64,000 nt of DNA, from the NCBI GenBank assembly GCA_963850305.1, contig CAWKKR010000004.1:566510-630509 (forward strand), given 5' to 3'. The notes beneath the pieces are model-generated. The model saw only the letters and a list, made by a program, of their open reading frames with translations. It made no database searches and was not told the origin of the DNA. Both the position numbers and the translations under genes were made by a program. The stretch comes from an uncultured delta proteobacterium (lineage in GTDB: Bacteria > Myxococcota_A > Polyangia > Polyangiales > Polyangiaceae). The first letter of the stretch is position 1. Each line of letters starts with the position of its first letter. This document shows, piece by piece, positions 20,358 through 35,308 of this stretch.

Positions 20358-20906
20358 TCAAAAGTCACCGGCGATTCCAATACCGAGACCGCCCGGCCCG
20401 AAAGACGTGGGTACGACTGCGACATGCTCGACGCCCGGATCGGCTCCTGCCGCATCCTGCCCATGAGCGCTGGCCGGCGCGGCGCTCGTCGGAAGGAACA
20501 CGCCTTCGAGCAATCCGAGAAGACCCCCAACCTGTCCGATGGCGCTGAGGCTCGTGATCACGGTGCGAGTGATCACGACTCCAACGTCACAGCTGGATTC
20601 GCGGGTGGAGCAACCCGTCTTCGCGAGCGCCATGTAAGGACCCGCGACGGGAAAGCGCAGAGCGGCAGCGCTGTCTGCATCACGCCACGCGAACGAGGTG
20701 GCCAGCGCCGCACCGTACCATCCCGCGGTCACGGCAGCGCCCACTAGCAGGAGATTCGTCTGGACTGCGGGCGGAGGATACGTCGAAGGATTCGCATCGA
20801 CCTCGGCAACCACGGGCTCATCCGCCCGGACTGTCCGCGGCGCAAATACAAGAGAACCAAGGAGGCCGGCGAACATCAGCCGCTGGAGCGTCTTGGCGAA
20901 CGGCAT
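20358..20906 (-). CDS. Hypothetical envelope protein with signal peptide, hydrophobic helices and C-terminal GLGIGIAGDF
   Basis: Signal peptide VRA|DE; PVAGP motif; Cys pair; terminal Phe. Confidence 0.6.
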   Translation of the reverse strand: MPFAKTLQRLMFAGLLGSLVFAPRTVRADEPVVAEVDANPSTYPPPAVQTNLLLVGAAVTAGWYGAALATSFAWRDADSAAALRFPVAGPYMALAKTGCSTRESSCDVGVVITRTVITSLSAIGQVGGLLGLLEGVFLPTSAAPASAHGQDAAGADPGVEHVAVVPTSFGPGGLGIGIAGDF

Positions 20907-21121
20907 CCCACCGGCCGTATGACAATGCTCCAGCCCGAACGCAAGCACTGGCACGGAGCCGCATCATTCGAGCCGCTCGAGAGTCGACTTCCCGTCGTCG
21001 TCCGGCCGGGGGAACTCCTTCGCGCACCGACCCGTCGGCGCGGGGGGCGTCGGTAACGCAACCAATCTCTACAGCGCGTTCCGATCTCACCACCCGGGGC
21101 CAGTCGCTCTACGCTGGTCGA

Positions 21122-22633
21122 ATGCTCCGACAGGCCGCGGGATCGTTCGCGCGATTTCGTCACCGTCTCTCGCTGCGTTTCAGCTGCGCGATCCTCGTTC
21201 TGGCCATGGCGGCCGCCGCTGACCCGGCAGCGCGGGACCAGATACGTGCGCCCGCGGCGACGCGAGCCGCGCTCGCGCCGGGTGCGGGGGTCACCGGCGC
21301 AGTCTCGGCCTTCGTCGCATGGGGAGCGACGGCGAACGCCCACGTTTCCGCCACGGTCATCGACGTCGCGACCGGCGCGCTGAGCGCGGCAGCCGATGCA
21401 CATCGATTGATGAACCCCGCTTCGAACACCAAGATACTCACGGTCGCCACGGTTCTCGATCGACTTGGACCGGACTTCCATTTCACGACCGGCCTTTTCG
21501 GTAATGTTGAGAATGGCACGGTGTCGTCGCTCGTTCTGCGCGGAGACGGCGATCCCTCACTGGACACGGCTCGACTCCTCGAGCTGGCGCGTGCGCTCCC
21601 CGCCGAGGGCGTCCGGCACGTGGACGGGATCCTCGTCGACCAGAGTCGCTTCGACGACCACTTCGTGCCGCCCGCGTTCGGACAGCAGCCGGACGAATGG
21701 GCTCCCTTCCGCGCACCGGTGAGCGCCGTCTCGCTCGACCGAAACTCGGTGACGCTCGACGTCGCGCCGCGAAAGGTGGGCACTCCAGCCACCGTGTGGT
21801 TCGACCCGCCGGGCTTCGTCGACGTGCTGGGAAGCGTCGCCACGCACCCCGGGCAAGGCGACGGAGTGAGGTTTTCACTATCGCCCAAGGGCGATCATCT
21901 CTCGGCCACGGTTGCCGGCTTTGTCGGCGAAAGCTCGCCGCGCCTGCGATTCGCCAAGCGCGTCGACGACCCTCGACTCTTTCCCGGATACGCGCTCGCC
22001 GCCCTGCTTCGCGACCTCGGCGTGGACGTCCGTGGGAGCGTCGCGCTCGGGGGAGGCGCCGCTCGCCGTCGCATCGCGTACGTCGAGTCCCCCGCCCTGT
22101 CGGTCCTGGTTCGCGAGCTCGGCAAGAACAGCGACAACTTTTACGCAGAAACGCTCTTGAAGGCACTCGGCGCCGCGGAACATCCCGGGCCAGCGCGAAC
22201 GGAAGACGGAGCCGCCACGGCGATCGAATGGCTGAAGGAAGCAGCGGGCGCCCTCGAGCCCGGAACACGGATCGTCAACGGCTCTGGGCTCTTCGATGCG
22301 AATCGCCTGACCACGTTCGAGCTCGCGACGGCGCTGCGCGTCGCCTACGTGAGTCCGCGGATCGGGCCGGATTTCGTCGCCCAGCTGGCAGTGGGCGGCG
22401 TCGACGGTACCCTGTATTCGCGATTTCGTTCGCTCGCAGGCAGGCGCGTCGTGCGCGCCAAGACAGGCACGCTCGATGACGTCGTGGCTCTGAGTGGCTA
22501 CGTGCTCGCCCCACCAGGAGTGTCGCCCCTAGCGTTTTCGTTCATCGCCGAAGGCGTGACCGGGCGCCACCACGAGGCGCGGGCTCGCATCGATCGCGCC
22601 GTGGAAAGCCTCGCCGCGACGTTATGGAAGTAG
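21122..22633 (+). CDS. dacB: D-alanyl-D-alanine carboxypeptidase/endopeptidase PBP4 (peptidase S13)
   Basis: PASNTK (SxxK), GDGDPSL, SDNFYAE (SxN), NGSGL, AKTGTL. Confidence 0.93.
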   Translation: MLRQAAGSFARFRHRLSLRFSCAILVLAMAAAADPAARDQIRAPAATRAALAPGAGVTGAVSAFVAWGATANAHVSATVIDVATGALSAAADAHRLMNPASNTKILTVATVLDRLGPDFHFTTGLFGNVENGTVSSLVLRGDGDPSLDTARLLELARALPAEGVRHVDGILVDQSRFDDHFVPPAFGQQPDEWAPFRAPVSAVSLDRNSVTLDVAPRKVGTPATVWFDPPGFVDVLGSVATHPGQGDGVRFSLSPKGDHLSATVAGFVGESSPRLRFAKRVDDPRLFPGYALAALLRDLGVDVRGSVALGGGAARRRIAYVESPALSVLVRELGKNSDNFYAETLLKALGAAEHPGPARTEDGAATAIEWLKEAAGALEPGTRIVNGSGLFDANRLTTFELATALRVAYVSPRIGPDFVAQLAVGGVDGTLYSRFRSLAGRRVVRAKTGTLDDVVALSGYVLAPPGVSPLAFSFIAEGVTGRHHEARARIDRAVESLAATLWK

Positions 22634-22635
22634 CG

Positions 22636-23040
22636 CTATTTCGCGGACGCCGCGATATCGTCAGCCACTTTGCGATTGATGTCCGGTGTGCACTCGCTCT
22701 TGTCCGTGATCGCCATGCCTATGAACAGCATGACGAACAGGAACGACCCGAGGAACACGAAGACATGCATCCGGCGGTCCCACCAGAGATGCATGAACAC
22801 CGCCAGCACGAGACTCGCCTTGACGCTCGCGATTACCATCGCGACCATGAAGCTGGTCTGACTGCCAAGCCCCTGTTGCGAGGCCCAGAACGTGAGCCAG
22901 GTGAAAAACATCAATGCAGCCCAGACGCCGATCAGCATCGGGACGCTCATGGTGTGCGCGATCTCGTCGCCATGGGCCTGCCCGTGGCCGCCGTGCGCTT
23001 TGGTTTTCTCGTCGTGAGCCATGGATTTACCGGTCATCAA
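22636..23040 (-). CDS. coxD: Cytochrome c oxidase subunit IV
   Basis: 3 TM; KASLVLAVFMHL; last gene of the cox operon. Confidence 0.85.
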   Translation of the reverse strand: MMTGKSMAHDEKTKAHGGHGQAHGDEIAHTMSVPMLIGVWAALMFFTWLTFWASQQGLGSQTSFMVAMVIASVKASLVLAVFMHLWWDRRMHVFVFLGSFLFVMLFIGMAITDKSECTPDINRKVADDIAASAK

Positions 23041-23861
23041 TCAATCAGATAGAGGAGCGGGAATAGATAGATCCAGATCAAGTCCACGAGATGCCAGTAG
23101 AGCGCCGCATAGTCGATCGGTCCGAAATACTTTGGACCGAACTGACGTTTGCCCGCCTTGATCAGCATCCAGATCCAGACACCCATCCCGACGAGCACGT
23201 GGATGCCGTGCAAGCCGGTCATGCAAAAATAGAGTGCAAAGAACCGAGCCGCGTTCCGGGGTGGCTCGAATTTGTACGGATGACCGCGCGTCACGAGCTT
23301 CTCGGCTGCCGCGATCCCCGCGGGCGTGCCTTGCAAGAAGCCATCCGGCGGGGGCCCGTTCTTGCGCGCGTAAGACGGCTGCTCCCAGACCTCCTCCGTC
23401 GGGTGGAAGTAGTGCCCTGGAAGCAGTCCCGCGTGAAACTTGTGGTGGTACTCCGTGTACTTCACGAACATGAACGTCGAAGCGCAGAGCAACGTCAGCA
23501 CGATGTTAACCATGAGATGGCGGTGCTGCTGAAGCTGGGCATTCCGAACGGCCCATGCTGCGGTTAAGCTGCTGAAAATGAGCACGCTCGTGTTGAGCGC
23601 ACCGAGCCTCGTATCGAGAAAGTAGTGGCCCCACTCGAACACATCGGGATCGAGGGTCCGGTAGACCGCGTAGGCGCAGAAGAGCCCGCTGAAGAACAGG
23701 ATCTCGGTGACCAGAAAGAGCCAGATTCCGAACTTTCCAGCTTCGAACTGCTGCTTCGCTGTGTCGAAGTGGTGCGCCAGGAACGGGTTTTCCGCGTGCG
23801 CTGCGTCCTGGGCGTGGCCACCGCCGTGACCGTGGATGGCTTCAGCAGTCGTGTCGGTCAT
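23037..23861 (-). CDS. coxC: Cytochrome c oxidase subunit III
   Basis: [39 protein letters not shown]. Confidence 0.95.
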   Translation of the reverse strand: MTDTTAEAIHGHGGGHAQDAAHAENPFLAHHFDTAKQQFEAGKFGIWLFLVTEILFFSGLFCAYAVYRTLDPDVFEWGHYFLDTRLGALNTSVLIFSSLTAAWAVRNAQLQQHRHLMVNIVLTLLCASTFMFVKYTEYHHKFHAGLLPGHYFHPTEEVWEQPSYARKNGPPPDGFLQGTPAGIAAAEKLVTRGHPYKFEPPRNAARFFALYFCMTGLHGIHVLVGMGVWIWMLIKAGKRQFGPKYFGPIDYAALYWHLVDLIWIYLFPLLYLID

Positions 23862-25532
23862 GATTCTGCCTTGCTACGTTCGTAGCCGCCGATCTCGTCC
23901 TTGTACTCCCAGTTCTCGTAATCGTACGGACCTTCCGTCACGTGAGGGATCTTGTCGAAGTTGTAGTACGCGGGCGGCGACGGCAGTGTCCACTCGAGCG
24001 TGTTCGCTCCCCACGGGTTTGCGGGCGCATCCGGCTTCTTCCTGAAAGTCCGGAGCAGCGACACGGTCGTGATGAGGAAGCCGATGCCCAGGATGAATGC
24101 CCCGATCGTCGATACCTGGTGGAACGGCTGGAACTCCGGAATGTAATTGTAGTATCGGCGCGGCATACCGCGAGCACCCATGATGAACTGGGGGAAGAAC
24201 GTGACGTTCAACCCGACGAACACTAGAAGAGCGCCGAACTGACCCGTCTTTTCGTTGTACATGCGCCCGAACATCTTCGGCCACCAGTAGTGCAGACCGC
24301 CAAAGAATGCCGTGATGGCGCCGCCCATCATCACATAGTGAAAGTGCGCTACGACGAAGTAGGTGTCGTGCAAGTGCACGTCCGTGCTCATCGTAGAGAG
24401 GAAAAGCCCTGTCATTCCACCGATGGTGAAGACCCAGAGGAACATCAACGCGTACAGCATCGGCGTTTCCAGGTGGATCGTGCCCTTGTACATTGTCGAG
24501 ATCCAGTTCAGGACCTTGATGGCCGTCGGGATCGCGATCAGAAACGTGATGCCGCTGAAGATACTTCCTGCGAGCACCGACTGGCCGCTAACGAACATGT
24601 GGTGGCCCCAGACGAGGAAGCTGAGGATCGCGATCGCAACGCTCGACAGCGCGATGAAGCTGTATCCGAAGAGTTGCTTTCGTGAGAATACCGGGATGAT
24701 CTCGCTGATCACGCCGAACGCCGGAACGACCATGATGTAAACGGCCGGGTGCGAGTAGAACCAGAAAAAGTGCTGAAACAGCACTGGATCGCCGCCCAGC
24801 GACGGGTCGAAGATGCCGATGCCGAAGGCCCTTTCGACGATGAGCATGAGGAGCGTGATACCGAGAACCGGCGTCGCGAGCACCTGCATGATGGCCGTGG
24901 AATACAAACCCCAGACGAACAAGGGTAGCTTGAACCACGTCAGCCCCGGCGCGCGCATCTTGTGAATCGTCACGAGGAAGTTCAGGCCCGTGAAGATCGA
25001 GCTAAACCCGAGAATGAACACGCCGGTCAGGGCGGGGATGACGGCAGTCGGCGTCGTGGTGCTGTAGGGCGTGTAGAAGGTCCATCCCGTGTCCGCCGCG
25101 CTCACGTAGAGCGAAACGAGGAGGAAGCACGCGCCAATGATCCACATGTACCAGCTCATCAAGTTGAGCTTTGGAAACGCGACGTCCTTCGCGCCCAGGT
25201 GGAGCGGCAGTACGAAGTTGCCAAGCGCGGCAGGGATCCCGGGCACGATGACGAGAAACACCATGACCGCGCCGTGGAACGTGAAACACCTGATTATAGG
25301 TGTCCGCATCCATGATCGTGCGACCTGGTGCCCACAGTTCGGTGCGCATCAGGAGTGCGAACGTTCCGCCGAACGCGAAAGCCAGGATGACGCAACAGAA
25401 GTACATCACCCCGATCCGCTTGTGATCGAGGGTGAACAGCCACGATGCCAACCCCTTGTCGTGGGTCAGGTAGTTGTCGTCCGCGCTCCCGGGGGTTGGA
25501 GCGGCAGCGGCGGTGGTGGTGGTGGACGCCAT
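23858..25532 (-). CDS. coxA: Heme-copper oxidase subunit I, A2 subtype; apparent frameshift near 25300
   Basis: DHKRIG (ORF 25002..25532), then [15 protein letters not shown] (YS motif of A2), WGHH, VVAHFHY (ORF 23858..25309). Confidence 0.95.
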
Positions 25533-25542
25533 GGCTCTTCCC

Positions 25543-26550
25543 TTACTTCTGCGCCTTGATGAAGGCGATGATACCGTCGATCTTCTTGTCGCTCAGCTTG
25601 CCCTTGAAGGTCGGCATAACCGGCGGGAATCCCTGAACGATCTTCGCCTGTGGGTCGAGGATCGACTCGCGGATGTAGGCCTCGTCGACCACTTTTGGCG
25701 GTCCTCCGACGGAGAACGTTTCCGTTCGTCCGAACATGCCCTTCCACGTCGGACCGGTCTTGGCCGAGCCGTCGATGGAGTGACACCCCGAGCAGCCATT
25801 TTGATTGTACATGAGCTGACCGAGCTGCACTGGGGGCATCAGCTCGAGCTTTTTGCCGGCCTCGACCAGCCATTTCTGGAAGTCCTCGGGGGTGTGCGCA
25901 ATCACCTTGGTGATCATCCCGGAGTGGTTCGTGCCGCAATATTGATCGCAAAAGACCGGGTACTCGCCCGGCTGCGTCGCCTCGAACCAGAGTTCGGTAT
26001 AGCGACCGGGAACCACGTCCTCTTTCGTACGGAACGCCGGCAAGCCGAAGCTATGTACGACGTCGACCGAGCTCATCACCGCCCGCACTTTCCGACCGAC
26101 CGGAACGTGAAGCACGTCATCGGTATAGCCGTTCGGATACTCGAACAACCACTTCCACTTCTGCCCGGTGACGCGGATCTCGTAGGCGTCCTTCGGCGTC
26201 GTGCGGAGCTCGACGAACCCCTGGAATCCCCAGGCAAACATCGCGAGCAGGATCGGCAGCGGCACGATCGACCAAACGAGCTCGAGACCGGTGTGGTGCC
26301 CGGCACTCGGTTGCGGTTTGTCGTGTCTCGACTTTGCCCGGTATTTGACGATGAAGAAGATCATCAACGCCATCAAGAGCCCGACGCAAAAGACGCTGGC
26401 CCACATGATGAAATCGAAGAGGCGGTCGACGGGCGCTGCCGTCACGGACCCTTCAACGGGTAGCCAGAAATAGGGCGAGGGCGCGAGGTGAGGCGCGTTC
26501 GCAGGTTGTGTGTAGGGAGCGAACGACAAAAGAGAGAACGGGTTCATCAT
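25543..26550 (-). CDS. coxB: Cytochrome c oxidase subunit II with C-terminal cytochrome c (caa3 type)
   Basis: DVVHSF; CuA motif CDQYCGTNHSGM; heme c motif CSGCH; YIRESI...MP. Confidence 0.95.
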   Translation of the reverse strand: MMNPFSLLSFAPYTQPANAPHLAPSPYFWLPVEGSVTAAPVDRLFDFIMWASVFCVGLLMALMIFFIVKYRAKSRHDKPQPSAGHHTGLELVWSIVPLPILLAMFAWGFQGFVELRTTPKDAYEIRVTGQKWKWLFEYPNGYTDDVLHVPVGRKVRAVMSSVDVVHSFGLPAFRTKEDVVPGRYTELWFEATQPGEYPVFCDQYCGTNHSGMITKVIAHTPEDFQKWLVEAGKKLELMPPVQLGQLMYNQNGCSGCHSIDGSAKTGPTWKGMFGRTETFSVGGPPKVVDEAYIRESILDPQAKIVQGFPPVMPTFKGKLSDKKIDGIIAFIKAQK

Positions 26551-26702
26551 AATGGTGAGCTCCGAGAGCCCTCGCTCGGGGATGCCGAGGAGTTACTTTT
26601 CGCGGCTGCAGCCGCCCCTGACGCCATTCCGACAAGCGACGACGCTGCCAGGCAGGCTAGAAACCTGCTGGCGATGCACTCAGAGCGGCTAACGGCGAAC
26701 AT
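26547..26702 (-). CDS. 51-aa small ORF with signal-peptide-like N-terminus; possible remnant of an sco gene
   Basis: Manual translation MFAVSRSECIASRFLACLAASSLVGMASGAAAAAKSNSSASPSEGSRSSPL*; starts 11 nt after the actG stop; its TGA overlaps the coxB ATG (ATGA). Confidence 0.45.
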   Translation of the reverse strand: MFAVSRSECIASRFLACLAASSLVGMASGAAAAAKSNSSASPSEGSRSSPL

Positions 26703-26713
26703 CGGCGCGAATT

Positions 26714-27178
26714 CTACTTCTTCCCGCTTCTGTTTCCGGGCTTCGCGGCAACGTGCGTCTCGTCCTTCTCATTATGACCTGCAGCCCCCGCGTTCTTCTC
26801 GGCCGGAGGAGCGGATTCGACGGCGGCAGGCGGTGCGGGCGGCGCCACCGAAGCTGAGTAGGGGTTCTTCTGGATCTCGGTGGTGACTAGCTCCATCGCG
26901 CGATCGATCGGAATCGAGACGAGTCCCTTGGATCGATCCACCCAGCTGGGTGGTGCCTCGAGCGTTGTGCTTTGCTCCGCCTTCAGACGTCTCACGGCAC
27001 CGAGGTTCGCGTACGCGCCGACCTCCTGCCCGTAGCGGGTCGATTCGGACCGGACGAGAGCCGTGAGCGAAGCTGCAATCGCGATCACGAGCAACGCACC
27101 GACGATCGCAATGGTGGCGACGAGCCCGACGTTGATGTCATCTGGCTCCGTTGTTTCCTGGGCTGTGGGAGAACTCAT
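26714..27178 (-). CDS. actG: Alternative complex III ActG-like subunit
   Basis: One TM; WVDRSKGLVSIPIDRAMELV motif; position after actF. Confidence 0.7.
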   Translation of the reverse strand: MSSPTAQETTEPDDINVGLVATIAIVGALLVIAIAASLTALVRSESTRYGQEVGAYANLGAVRRLKAEQSTTLEAPPSWVDRSKGLVSIPIDRAMELVTTEIQKNPYSASVAPPAPPAAVESAPPAEKNAGAAGHNEKDETHVAAKPGNRSGKK

Positions 27179-27191
27179 CGACGGCTACTCC

Positions 27192-28409
27192 TCAGAGGTT
27201 CTGGAACGCGAGCGAATCCGCGAGGCGTGGATCCTTGGTCGGGACCAGATTCAAACCCTTGGCACGCATGGCCGCACCTCCGACGAAGAGACCGACCACA
27301 CCGACCCAACAGAGTACGTCCACCACGTGGAATGGAACCACGCCGTGGCTGAGGCTCGGCATGACGAGCCAGTAGATATCCACCCACTCGACGATAAGCA
27401 GCCAGAAGGCCCAGAATGCCAGAGTCTTCCGGTTCCTCTTGACGTGACGGGACAGGAGCCCGAAGAACGGCAGCACGAAGTGGCAGGCCAGGAGTGCCCA
27501 CGACACGACGCCCCACTCCCCGGTGAAGCGATCTTTGAACCAGTGGGTCTCCTCCGGCATGTCGCCATACCAGATGAGCATGAACTGGGAGAACGCGATG
27601 TAGGACCAGAAGATGACGAACGCGAACATCATCTTCCCGAGATCGTGGAAGTGCTCGCGGTTCACGGAGTGAGTGAGCCGCCCTTTGCCCTGCAGCCACA
27701 TGAGCGCCAGCGCGAGAAACGAGTATGCCGAGGAGACGCAGCCGGCGAAGTAGTAGACACCGAAGATCGTCGAGAAAAAGTCCGGATCCAGCGTCATGAT
27801 CAGATCGATGGCGCAGAACGTGAGGGTGATCGCAAAGGCGACCATGGCAGGCGCGCTCAACGACTGCAGGGAAGCGTTGATCTCCGCCTTACCCGACGCG
27901 TCTTGATCGACCGACTGCTTCAGGAAATGGCGAGAAAGAAGCGCCCAGAACCCGAAGTAGACGACCATCCGAACCAGGAAGAACTTGATCCCGAGATAAC
28001 CGGCCTTGTGTCCAAGCGATGCGCTGGCCGCCACCTTGGCAGCGTCCGACCATTCGTAGATCTCGGACCGCCCAAGAATGACCGGGACGATGACCGGCAG
28101 GGACAGCAGCGCGAGCATCGGCATGTTGGCCGCGATGATCTCCGCAACCCGTCGAACCACGACGCTCCAGCGGGCATTCGTGAGATGCTGGATCGCGACG
28201 AACCAGAGTGATCCCAGCCCGATCGCCAGGCCGTACATGAACGCGACCAGATAAGACGACGCAAACTGCTTCGCGAAGGGTCCACCGCCGAGAACGAGCG
28301 CAAGGATCAAGGCGACGCCCCCGATCCCCATCGCTTTCTTGCCGAAGCTGGAAGCTTCGTCGCCAATCTGGATGTTATCGTCGAGGTGAATCTCTTTACC
28401 GTGTGACAT
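27192..28409 (-). CDS. actF: Alternative complex III subunit ActF
   Basis: ARWSVVVRRVAE, FSTIFG, HDLGKMMFAF, FSQFMLIWY, PEETHW. Confidence 0.9.
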   Translation of the reverse strand: MSHGKEIHLDDNIQIGDEASSFGKKAMGIGGVALILALVLGGGPFAKQFASSYLVAFMYGLAIGLGSLWFVAIQHLTNARWSVVVRRVAEIIAANMPMLALLSLPVIVPVILGRSEIYEWSDAAKVAASASLGHKAGYLGIKFFLVRMVVYFGFWALLSRHFLKQSVDQDASGKAEINASLQSLSAPAMVAFAITLTFCAIDLIMTLDPDFFSTIFGVYYFAGCVSSAYSFLALALMWLQGKGRLTHSVNREHFHDLGKMMFAFVIFWSYIAFSQFMLIWYGDMPEETHWFKDRFTGEWGVVSWALLACHFVLPFFGLLSRHVKRNRKTLAFWAFWLLIVEWVDIYWLVMPSLSHGVVPFHVVDVLCWVGVVGLFVGGAAMRAKGLNLVPTKDPRLADSLAFQNL

Positions 28410-28426
28410 CTTGATTCTCGCCGCCT

Positions 28427-29659
28427 CTACTTGAGGGAGGCACGCTCCTCTGCGGAGAGGTCGTGAGTCGTGCCCGACCGGCTGCGCTGGAGCGCACGAA
28501 CATAGAGAATGATCTTCCAGCGATCCTCGGGGGGGATCTGGCGTCCGTACGCCGGCATGTTCCGCACGCCGTTCGTGATCGTGTCGAACAACTGTCCCAC
28601 CGGGAACTGTCGCACGCGCTCCTCGGTGATGTTCGCCGGGGGAACCCAGGTTCCTTCTGCAAGCGAGGCCGCACGTTGTGCGACCATTCCATCGCCCTCG
28701 CCTGCCTGGCCGTGGCAGGGCGTGCAATAGATACCGAACCGCTCCTTGCCGCGAGCCATGGCCGCCGCGTCGATCTTGATAGCGTCGGGGAAGGTACGAG
28801 CGAACGAGCCATTCACCTTGCCGGCGTAGAGATGCTGGTCGTCATGAAGTTCCCCCCATGCGACCGTTCCCTCGACCTGCGGCCGGTCTGCGCGCTTGTC
28901 GGCGAAGAAGTCATTCTCGCGCTGCGCCCGGTACTTCTCCTGGAAATCCATGTCCTGAACGATGTCGAACCGCGGCGTAGGCGTCCTCGATTCCCGGGCA
29001 TAAGCCGATATCGCAAACGGGAGAGTCGAAGCGGCGGCAAGGATGAGGAGCACGTAGAGGATGCCGCGCGGTAACTCTGCCTGCGAATGGACATCCTCGG
29101 GAACGGCTTCGACGGCCGTGGCTCCCGACGTCTCCAGAAGCGAGCGAGTGTCCTTCTCGTCGAATACTGGGTCGCTGGCTTGCACCAGGACATAGAAGCG
29201 GTCGTCCGTTGACCGCGCAAAGCGCTCCTTGAGATCGAGGGGATGCGCCGGCATGGGCAGCTTGTTGAGCGCGAGCATGCCGAACACTGCCGTGAGCGCG
29301 CTGAAGAGAACGGTGAGCTCGAACGTGATCGGGATGTTCGCGGGTAGGCTCCAGAACGGCTTGCCGCTGATCAGGAACGGGAAATCTACCGCGTTCGCCC
29401 ACCACTGAAACCCCACGGCTACCGTGCACCCTGTGAGACCTCCGGCGAGGACGAGCCACGGCAAGATCGTCGGCTTGACACCCATTGCCGCGTCGATGCC
29501 GTGGACGGGAAACGGGCTGAACGTGTCCCAATCTCGGAACCCTGCGTTCCGGACCTTTTCCGCGCCTTTGATCAGCGCGTCGGCCGAGTCGTATTCGGCG
29601 AGGAGCCCGTGGAGGGGTGCGTCGCCGGAGGGAGCCTTTGGTGTTGCTTCGTGGCTCAT
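28427..29659 (-). CDS. actDE: Fused ActD (DUF3341-like)-ActE (monoheme cytochrome c)
   Basis: SPFPVHGID, GKPFWSLP, FELTVL (ActD); DMDFQEKY, RPQVEGTV, CTPCH, MPAYG (ActE). Confidence 0.88.
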   Translation of the reverse strand: MSHEATPKAPSGDAPLHGLLAEYDSADALIKGAEKVRNAGFRDWDTFSPFPVHGIDAAMGVKPTILPWLVLAGGLTGCTVAVGFQWWANAVDFPFLISGKPFWSLPANIPITFELTVLFSALTAVFGMLALNKLPMPAHPLDLKERFARSTDDRFYVLVQASDPVFDEKDTRSLLETSGATAVEAVPEDVHSQAELPRGILYVLLILAAASTLPFAISAYARESRTPTPRFDIVQDMDFQEKYRAQRENDFFADKRADRPQVEGTVAWGELHDDQHLYAGKVNGSFARTFPDAIKIDAAAMARGKERFGIYCTPCHGQAGEGDGMVAQRAASLAEGTWVPPANITEERVRQFPVGQLFDTITNGVRNMPAYGRQIPPEDRWKIILYVRALQRSRSGTTHDLSAEERASLK

Positions 29660-29666
29660 GTTGACC

Positions 29667-34119
<4,453 letters not shown>

Positions 34120-34132
<13 letters not shown>

Positions 34133-34776
34133 GTGGAGCAGTCAGTCGAGGGGTGGAGGTTGTTCTTCAGAGCGAGCATTTTGCCGTACTCAACCGGGTC
34201 CGCACCATTCGGCGGCGTCCACGTCATGTTCGTGACCTCCGACGGCGGTCTCAGGTTCTTGTAAGGGTTGCGATGACAATCAAGGCACCAGCCCATGCTG
34301 AGCGGAGCGAACTGGTAGACCTCCTGCATCTGATCAATCCGACCATGACACGTGACGCATCCCACTCCGCGCGTCACGTGAGCACTGTGATTGAAGTAGA
34401 CGTAGTCGGGGAGGTCGTGGACTTTCTTCCACACGACCGCAGTGCCGTTCTGCCAGCTGTCCCTGATCAATGCGAGCTTGGGACTCTTCGTGCGAACGCG
34501 AGCGTGGCAATTCATGCACGTCTCGGTCGGTGGGATCGCGGCCTGCGCCGCTCGCTCCACCGTGTTGTGGCAATACCGACAATCGATCCCGAGCTCGCCG
34601 GCGTGCAGCGCGTGGCTGTACGGCACGGGCTGCTTAGGTTCGAAGCCGACGTCGGTCGTCTTCGGCGACGCGCCATACCAGACGAGACAGATCAGATAAA
34701 CCGGCGCGAGCCCGAGCACGACGCCCGCGAGCTGAACCGTCTTGTTCGCCCATCTAGGGAATACGAATCGTTTCAT
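34120..34776 (-). CDS. actA: Alternative complex III pentaheme cytochrome ActA
   Basis: QPVPYSH; five CxxCH (CRYCH, CMNCH, CVTCH, CLDCH, CSTCH); LPDYVYFNHSAH. Confidence 0.95.
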
Positions 34777-35082
34777 TTCAAGAAACCCGACTCTCGGAAC
34801 TTCCGGACACGAACGAGTCCCATCCCCCCGCGAGGAGATTTCGGACCGAAATCCGAAACGCCTCGCCCTGCCCGTCGCGACGAAAGCGCGGCGAGCTGGA
34901 AGAGTTTTGGGGCAGCGGTGGTTGAAGACATCGTGGGAGGTGCCGAGCCCGTCTTTCGGGGGACGGGTGCTGTGCAACCTCGATTCACGCAGGTCCCGTT
35001 CAGGAACCCTTGCAAATCGCGCTGCGATCTCGCGGACGCAGCGCATCGAAGGCTCGCGTCCTTGGCGAACGCGCGTGCCTTA

Positions 35083-35130
35083 ATGACGCCAACCGCAAAA
35101 AAAGTAAATGACGCGTTCACTGGATGACGC
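35083..35130. promoter_or_regulatory. Three ATGACGC direct repeats upstream of actA (candidate regulator sites)
   Basis: ATGACGC at 35083, 35108 and 35124, around an A-rich tract. Confidence 0.35.
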
Positions 35131-35308
35131 AAGATGCCGAAATCAATCGGCAAATCCGTCGCTCCATCCGTGGAAGGCCGGCCTCAGAGCCTAGCGATAT
35201 TTCCGGGCGAGCGCGGAAGTGCGCGGGCGGTCCCCTCGCTGACGTCCGTTGCGGTCGCGACGTAGGCGTCTCACGCGCCGAGCTGCGGCTCGCCCATTGC
35301 GGGTGGAC

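Noticed and set aside
35060..35085. Sigma54 promoter upstream of actA (GGCACGCGCGTTCGC)
   Set aside because: GG-to-GC spacing is 11 rather than the required 10.
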